Source: Bacteroidota bacterium (GTDB lineage: Bacteria; Bacteroidota; Bacteroidia; Chitinophagales; Chitinophagaceae). Taken from it: 64,000 bases of DNA. This document shows positions 58,731-64,000 of this stretch, piece by piece. The notes beneath the pieces were generated by a model. It searched no databases. It saw only the letters and a program-made list of their open reading frames with translations, and was not told the origin of the DNA. The stretch spans positions 6,622-70,621 of the forward strand of contig CANFOM010000012.1 of assembly GCA_947448725.1 (NCBI GenBank), read 5' to 3'. The translations under genes and the position numbers were made by a program. The stretch's first letter is position 1, and each line of letters starts with the position of its first letter.

Positions 58731-59468
58731 ATGACGTTTATAGTGCTATTTTTCTTGATACATTGGTTCATGTCTTTGTTTTTTCATACTTTTTTTCTTC
58801 ACCGATTTGCTTCTCATAAAATGTATGAAACTAGTAAAAATTGGGAACGTGTTTTTTATATTGGCACTTGGTTTTTTCAAGGTTCCTCCTATTTGGTTCC
58901 AAGAGCTTATGGAGTAATGCATAGAATGCACCATGTTTATAGTGATACAGAAAAAGATCCTCATTCCCCTCATTTTTTTAAAGATGTATTTGAGATGATG
59001 AAAAGCACTGTTGTGATCTACAGATCGTTTTTAGCGAATAACGACCTTCCAGAAAAAGAATTCACGAAAGATTATCTGCCTGTTTGGGAAAAATTAGACA
59101 AATTCGGACATCATATTATAACCAGAATAGTTTTTGCGATTTTTTATGTATCCATTTATTATTTTTTCGCTCCAAACCTTTGGTGGTACCTTTTACTACC
59201 TATTCATTTTTTAATGGGCCCCATTCAAGGTGCGATTGTAAACTGGTGCGGCCATAAATATGGTTATAGAAATTTTGAAAGTATTGATAAAAGTAAAAAT
59301 ACAGGCCCATGGGGCTTTTTATTACTTGGAGAACTATTCCAAAACAATCATCACCATGCAAAAAATGATGCCAATTTTGCAAAAAAATGGTTTGAAATTG
59401 ATCTTACCTATCAAATAATGCGTTTATTTAACTTTGTTGGAATCATTCAATTCAACAAAATAAATTAA
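58731..59468 (+). CDS. Membrane fatty-acid (acyl-CoA/acyl-lipid) desaturase
   Basis: 245-aa ORF. Three His boxes: HRFASH, HRMHH and NNHHH. Confidence 0.85.
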   Translation: MTFIVLFFLIHWFMSLFFHTFFLHRFASHKMYETSKNWERVFYIGTWFFQGSSYLVPRAYGVMHRMHHVYSDTEKDPHSPHFFKDVFEMMKSTVVIYRSFLANNDLPEKEFTKDYLPVWEKLDKFGHHIITRIVFAIFYVSIYYFFAPNLWWYLLLPIHFLMGPIQGAIVNWCGHKYGYRNFESIDKSKNTGPWGFLLLGELFQNNHHHAKNDANFAKKWFEIDLTYQIMRLFNFVGIIQFNKIN

Positions 59469-59858
59469 ATGACTATCGTATTATTTGATGGGGTTTGCAA
59501 TTTGTGTAATTCAACTGTATTATTTTTAATACAACATGATGGCAAGAATAATTTACACTTTGCTGCCCAACAAACTGATGCAGGAAAAAATATAATGCAG
59601 CAACATGCTATTTTAGCTGAAAATAAATCAGTTATCTTAATAAAAAACGAACTTGTATTTTATAAATCTGATGCAGTTATTGAAATTGCAAAACTACTAA
59701 CTGGTTGGCCACGTATTTTGAAATACACTAAACTTGTGCCAAAATTTTTAAGAGATGGGATTTATAACTTAATTGCAAAAAATAGATACTCCATATTTGG
59801 AATAAGAACAACCTGTATGACGCCTTCCAATAGCAACAGGGAAAGGTTCATTATGTAA
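59469..59858 (+). CDS. DCC-family thiol-disulfide oxidoreductase (DUF393)
   Basis: 129-aa ORF. N-terminal LFDGVCNLCN motif. The start codon directly abuts the desaturase stop codon. Confidence 0.8.
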   Translation: MTIVLFDGVCNLCNSTVLFLIQHDGKNNLHFAAQQTDAGKNIMQQHAILAENKSVILIKNELVFYKSDAVIEIAKLLTGWPRILKYTKLVPKFLRDGIYNLIAKNRYSIFGIRTTCMTPSNSNRERFIM

Positions 59859-60023
59859 AGCCCATTTTTAGAAAAAACCACTAACAAGTTTCATACCTAA
59901 TTAGTTTAACTTCAATTTGCAATCATGTTTTCCTTCTCAAAAACATAAAAGGACCCACGATTTAACGTAAGTCCTTAATTTTCATATTGCGAGACCGGGA
60001 TTTGAAGTTAACTACACTAATTA

Positions 60024-61709
60024 CTATTTTGATGCAGCTTTCTGGTATGTTACTATTGGAACATACCCTACTTCCATACCCTTTGGAGGCGTAACCAATA
60101 AAGCCGGATCAAGTGCTACCAATTCACCCATGGTAGGTGGAGCCATATAATCTCTATCAATAGGCCACTCTGCATGAACCTTTTCAATGAAAGCCTGTAA
60201 TTTATCTTTTTTGGCTTTGCTCCAGTTGTATTGTTGAAAGGATGGTTGATCTACAAAACGATACCAGGAATAAGTAACTTCAGAGCCGTCAATTAGCTTA
60301 ACTATATAAGGGCCTGCAGCAGCACCCGGATTTGTCCAGGCTCCTTTGCCTGGTGAAGTATAGGGCTCGCCCGATTTTGCCAATGTAAATTCTTTGTTCA
60401 GGAGATTTGTTGTGGCAGGCACCTCTGATACAGCTATTGCCACCAATTGATCTCCTTCATGCCTGAAGTATCTTGGAAAATTTCCAAATTTATCGGTTTT
60501 ACTATCCACCCATTTTAATCCCCAAACATTGTCGTTGTATACTTTTGTATCAAAGATTTTTTCTACTCCAGTTATTTTTTTACCATCCTGATCGTAACCA
60601 GGAGTTCGAGTTGTTAAGTTTGATTTCCACGCACCCTTTTCATCAAATCTTCCTGAGCAAGGATCACCACCATCTCTCCATACCTTAAAAGTTTCATACA
60701 ATGCTGCTTTAGAGTAATAAACTACATCTTGAACTAGCATGGTCCTACCCTGTTTGTCAACTGGAAATTGCAGTTGAGGTATTTTTGAATAGGTCACACC
60801 CTTTTCATCCTGTGACTCAAAACAAGGTACAGTGTTAATCTCCATGGCTCCTCCTCCCATATGTCCTGGTCTAGCATCAAGTCCACGTCCATAAATAAAA
60901 TCATAATTGAATAGCTTGCCAATTTTACTCCAAGTTTCAGGAATATAATAAGCTATCGGTCCTTTGAAATTGGCAGCGCTTAAAAAACAAGTCCAGCTTT
61001 GATCTCCCGTTGGTGGGTCATCATTTGTTGGGTCTGTAAAAGGTAAAGCCATGTATGTATACCCCAGAAATTTACCATTTGGATTGTCCTGGAAAGGCAA
61101 GGCATCTGGTGGAATTAGCAGACGATTGCTCAATTGAGCAATTCCCAAACGATTGTCAGGCAAAGCTTCAGTATCATAAAAAAATGACCAACCCGGCGAA
61201 CCAATTTCGTAATCATAACATTGTGGTGTTGCATTCATACTAAATTTTGGCGGACCATATCTAAATCTATTTCCGGCCCAATAACCAAGGCCACCTTCGA
61301 GGGTTTGAAAAACACTGCTCCATGTAGGGCCTCGGCTTGGCCAGTTGTCACGGGCAAGCGTACCAATGGGTGCAAGGGGTTTGTCTTTATTATCGGAATT
61401 GTCGGGAGTAACCCATGCTCCTGCCAAACCAATCTGAAAGTCCGCAATTGGTTGGGTAATCAATGGCCATACAGCAGAATAAAAACCCATTCCGTAACTG
61501 AAGTCAGATTGATCCGCTGGTCTGTCCGCATTATAGCTGATGTACCCATGCAGACCGTTGGTATGTTCTTTTATAATTCCAGGTCCTTTTTTTTGTGCTT
61601 TATCATCCTGTGCCTCAACCTGTTGGTAAGAAACTAGCATAAAAAAAGCAATAAAAGACAATTGAAAACACAAAGCCTTATATCTGCCATAAAAGAATTT
61701 ACATTTCAT
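60024..61709 (-). CDS. Orphan secreted protein; no family recognised
   Basis: Long ORF (571 aa from 61739). I prefer the Met at 61709 because it opens a signal-peptide-like MKCKFFYGRYKALCFQLSFIAFFMLVSYQQVEAQ. Its GC content is visibly above that of its neighbours. Confidence 0.6.
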   Translation of the reverse strand: MKCKFFYGRYKALCFQLSFIAFFMLVSYQQVEAQDDKAQKKGPGIIKEHTNGLHGYISYNADRPADQSDFSYGMGFYSAVWPLITQPIADFQIGLAGAWVTPDNSDNKDKPLAPIGTLARDNWPSRGPTWSSVFQTLEGGLGYWAGNRFRYGPPKFSMNATPQCYDYEIGSPGWSFFYDTEALPDNRLGIAQLSNRLLIPPDALPFQDNPNGKFLGYTYMALPFTDPTNDDPPTGDQSWTCFLSAANFKGPIAYYIPETWSKIGKLFNYDFIYGRGLDARPGHMGGGAMEINTVPCFESQDEKGVTYSKIPQLQFPVDKQGRTMLVQDVVYYSKAALYETFKVWRDGGDPCSGRFDEKGAWKSNLTTRTPGYDQDGKKITGVEKIFDTKVYNDNVWGLKWVDSKTDKFGNFPRYFRHEGDQLVAIAVSEVPATTNLLNKEFTLAKSGEPYTSPGKGAWTNPGAAAGPYIVKLIDGSEVTYSWYRFVDQPSFQQYNWSKAKKDKLQAFIEKVHAEWPIDRDYMAPPTMGELVALDPALLVTPPKGMEVGYVPIVTYQKAASK

Positions 61710-62025
61710 AACTTGATTTTTAAACAATGATGATATCATTAATACACAATAATTCCAACTTAGATTTTAATGATGCAAACACTCTACTAATATATACATT
61801 ATTCTATCAATTTTATGCAAAGGATGTAAAACTTAAATGTGAACTTCCTATTCCCGAAGGGAGATAACATAACAAGCTTAGTTAATAGTAGTATGGACGT
61901 AAAGAATAATAAAATAAATAAAGTATACAATATTTACGATCCTAAAACTCTTTTAGTAACTTTAGCTAAACAATAAAAGTAATAGGGATTCAATCATTTA
62001 AAAAATTTTATCTAAAATAATTTAC

Positions 62026-63387
62026 ATGCAAAAGCATTCTTCTCAAAATAGACGTCAATTTATACGTAACTCTTCCGCACTGTTAGCACTTTCTTCAATA
62101 AAATCTACTGGCATAGATCAATGGGCCATTGCGCCAAAAAGACGTGTTGCATTAATTGGTACTGGCTGGTATGGAAAAAGTGATCTATTTAGATTGATGC
62201 AAGTTGCTCCTACAGAAGTAGTAGGACTTTGCGATGTAGACAAACATCAGTTGCAAGAAGCATCAGAACGCATAAGCAATCGCATAGGCAACTCAAAAAA
62301 AATTCCACTTTACAACGATTATAGAATCATGTTGAAGGAACAAAAACCAGAAATCGTTTTGGTTGGAAGTCCCGATCATTGGCATGCGCTCCAAACAATT
62401 GACGCCATCAAATCAGGGGCACATGTATACGTTCAAAAGCCCATCAGCGTCGATGTAATGGAGGGTGAAGCCATGCTTGCCGCCGCCAGAAAATATGATC
62501 GAGTTGTTCAAGTAGGTACACAGAGAAGAAGTACACCACACTTAGTGGAAGCAAAAAAAAATATAGTCGATGCAGGGTTGCTTGGCAAAATTCATCATGT
62601 TGAAATTTGCTGCTACTATCATATGCGCAATGAAAGCAATCCACCACTTCAAGCAATACCTGATTTTTTTGATTATGACATGTGGACTGGACCCGCTCCG
62701 CTTCGCCCATTTGATGGATTACCGCACAGAGGATGGTGGCGTGCTTTTATGGAATATGGCAATGGCATCATGGGTGATATGTGCGTGCATATGTTTGATT
62801 CTGTGCGGTGGATGCTTGATTTAGGATGGCCAACAAAAATAAGCTCCACTGGAGGCATCTATGGAAATCATATTAGCAAAAGCAATATAGCAGATACACA
62901 ACATGCGATTTTTGAATATGAGGATTTGAATTGTGTTTGGCAACACAGAACATGGGGAACTTCTGCTGACCCTGAATATCCATGGGCTTTTAAAATTTAT
63001 GGAGAGAAAGGGACTCTTTCTGGCGACCCTATGAAATATGATTTTACTCCAGTAGAGGAAGGCAAAAAACTGCATGGCGATACCCTCTACGAAAGAGAAA
63101 AATATCCAGAAGACCTTAACGAAAAAGATATTGAACTACATGTAGCTTCGGCAACACGCATGCACATGAGAAATTTTATCGACGCCATTGATAATAAAAC
63201 TCGACCCGTTGCCGATATTGAACAAGGACATATTTCAACTGCCTGCTGTATCCTAGCTAACCTATCGATGCAACTAGGCAGAGCCTTACAATATGATCAT
63301 AAAAAAATGGAAGTCATTGGTGATCCAGAAGCTACAAAGCTGTTGCAACGCCCCTATAGAGGACCCTGGGAACATCCAATGCCCTAG
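62026..63387 (+). CDS. Periplasmic (Tat-exported) Gfo/Idh/MocA family oxidoreductase
   Basis: 453-aa ORF. Twin-arginine signal SQNRRQFIRNSSALLALS. Rossmann VALIGTGWYG. EKP-equivalent VQKPIS. Confidence 0.85.
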   Translation: MQKHSSQNRRQFIRNSSALLALSSIKSTGIDQWAIAPKRRVALIGTGWYGKSDLFRLMQVAPTEVVGLCDVDKHQLQEASERISNRIGNSKKIPLYNDYRIMLKEQKPEIVLVGSPDHWHALQTIDAIKSGAHVYVQKPISVDVMEGEAMLAAARKYDRVVQVGTQRRSTPHLVEAKKNIVDAGLLGKIHHVEICCYYHMRNESNPPLQAIPDFFDYDMWTGPAPLRPFDGLPHRGWWRAFMEYGNGIMGDMCVHMFDSVRWMLDLGWPTKISSTGGIYGNHISKSNIADTQHAIFEYEDLNCVWQHRTWGTSADPEYPWAFKIYGEKGTLSGDPMKYDFTPVEEGKKLHGDTLYEREKYPEDLNEKDIELHVASATRMHMRNFIDAIDNKTRPVADIEQGHISTACCILANLSMQLGRALQYDHKKMEVIGDPEATKLLQRPYRGPWEHPMP

Positions 63388-63469
63388 TTTTTTTAATATT
63401 ATCGTAGCGGCAACAAGGTGACACAAATTAATAAACCACTCAAGATACAATCGTCATCAAACCATTTTA

Positions 63470-63479
63470 GGGGGGGGGG
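63470..63479. repeat. G10 homopolymer tract
   Basis: Ten consecutive G read directly from the sequence. It is intergenic, 119 nt upstream of the Fic start codon. Confidence 0.9.
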
Positions 63480-63522
63480 TGTTTTCCTAACACAGAGGGT
63501 AAAATAGATGTTTAACCAACTA

Positions 63523-63595
63523 TGAGCCGCAAATTAATACTATTCGGCTCAAATTATTCGTATATTTGAGCCGATAAAGTAACCAAATCGGCTCA
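63523..63595. promoter_or_regulatory. Two copies of the inverted repeat TGAGCCG-N15-CGGCTCA (44-bp register) abutting the Fic start codon
   Basis: Half-sites are at 63523-29/63545-51 and 63567-73/63589-95. Both copies have 15-nt spacers. The second is extended to 8 bp (TGAGCCGA/TCGGCTCA). Confidence 0.55.
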
Positions 63596-63597
63596 TT

Positions 63598-64000
63598 ATG
63601 TATAACTGGCAACACAAAAATTGGCCTGAATTTAAATTTGATAGCACATCAATAGATAATGAATTGATGAAGTTCATGTTAAAAGCAGGAGAACTAAAAG
63701 GTATCATCTCTGCATTACCAGAAGCCATCAGTACAGAAACAATTATACAGATAATGGTATCTGAAGCAATCAAAACATCTGAAATTGAAGGAGAGATAAT
63801 AGATAGAATAGATGTAATGTCATCTATTAAAAAAAATCTTGGATTACATGTCTCACAAGAACCGAAAGATAAAAATGTAATTGGATTAAGTCAATTATTA
63901 ATTGATGTAAGAAATACTTATAAACAACCACTAACTGGAAGCAAGATTCTTCAATGGCACAAACTGCTTATGGGGAATAACAAAAGAATAAATGCAGGAC
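63598..64000 (+). CDS. Fic/DOC family protein with an N-terminal DUF4172-type domain; the 3' part lies outside the window (not in the ORF track)
   Basis: The frame is open from ATG 63598 to the window end. MYNWQHKNWPEFKFDS..SEAIKTSEIEGE matches the conserved N-terminus of DUF4172-Fic proteins. Confidence 0.75.
   Translation, partial: MYNWQHKNWPEFKFDSTSIDNELMKFMLKAGELKGIISALPEAISTETIIQIMVSEAIKTSEIEGEIIDRIDVMSSIKKNLGLHVSQEPKDKNVIGLSQLLIDVRNTYKQPLTGSKILQWHKLLMGNNKRINAG

Noticed and set aside
58731-59468. Desaturase as a carotenoid (crt) enzyme feeding blh/rhodopsin
   Set aside because: The three His boxes (HRFASH, HRMHH, NNHHH) and the small size fit membrane acyl-lipid/acyl-CoA desaturases. 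They do not fit the FAD-dependent CrtI or the CrtZ/CrtW patterns. No crtE/B/I/Y genes are in the window.
59949-59976. Terminator hairpin (AAGGAC..GTCCTT) downstream of the 571-aa gene
   Set aside because: The stem is only 6 bp (a few more with internal mismatches), the loop is 16 nt, and the U-tract is weak. It is too weak to list as a feature.
61710-61739. Longer start (MISSLFKNQV..) for the 571-aa orphan protein
   Set aside because: The Met at 61709 opens a better signal-peptide-like sequence. Either start is possible, and only N-terminal proteomics or TSS data can decide. The function call is unaffected.
63549-63773. 74-aa minus-strand ORF listed in the track
   Set aside because: It lies antisense to the well-conserved N-terminus of the Fic/DUF4172 gene and has no recognisable features. 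It is most likely spurious.

Overview
This is a low-GC (roughly mid-30s % by eye) chromosomal segment from a member of the Bacteroidota. Supporting signs are a SusC/SusD pair, a TonB-dependent receptor + DUF4249 pair, many lipoprotein or secretion signals, and a TAnnTTTG-type promoter box. I call about 50 protein genes. I found no rRNA, intact tRNA, CRISPR array, transposase or integrase by eye.

Layout:
- 0-8.5 kb: housekeeping and carbohydrate genes (GH127 fragment, Gfo/Idh/MocA oxidoreductase, GH13 amylase, metY-metX, and a plug-domain protein without a barrel).
- 8.8-20.3 kb: a SusC/SusD-led operon that continues into a phosphonate C-P cleavage cassette (permease, FAD amine oxidase, PhnZ-type HD oxygenase, PhnX-like HAD). 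It faces a beta-propeller/phosphoesterase fusion gene.
- 20.3-23.7 kb: a compact riboflavin gene set (ribH-ribBA-ribE and ribD).
- 24.8-38.8 kb: a cluster of GH30, Gfo/Idh/MocA, xylose-isomerase-like TIM, ThuA, sulfatase, PhyH and DUF1080 genes. It contains two large periplasmic dehydrogenase-like proteins that each end in an azurin-like type-1 copper domain.
- 38.9-49.6 kb: hydrolases (SGNH, S10 peptidase, beta-lactamase-family, GH31, tandem CE1 esterase, GH78-like + discoidin).
- 50.5-56.2 kb: DUF4249, TonB receptor and SGNH genes, then blh and a DTE-motif green-type proteorhodopsin.
- 56.8-59.9 kb: genes that I recall as typical photolyase/cryptochrome companions (AlkB-like 2OG oxygenase, an unannotated 51-aa DUF2256 zinc ribbon, TIGR03643, an atypical SDR, a desaturase, a DCC protein). 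No photolyase is present in the window.
- 60-64 kb: a GC-richer block with an orphan 571-aa secreted protein and a Tat-signal Gfo/Idh/MocA enzyme, then a G10 tract, a duplicated inverted-repeat operator-like element and a partial Fic gene.

The best candidates for an uncharacterised system are:
1. The SusCD-coupled organophosphonate utilisation locus.
2. The cupredoxin-terminated periplasmic dehydrogenase / keto-glycoside-type cluster.
3. The rhodopsin-centred light island.

All functional calls rest on motif recognition by eye. No database search was run.
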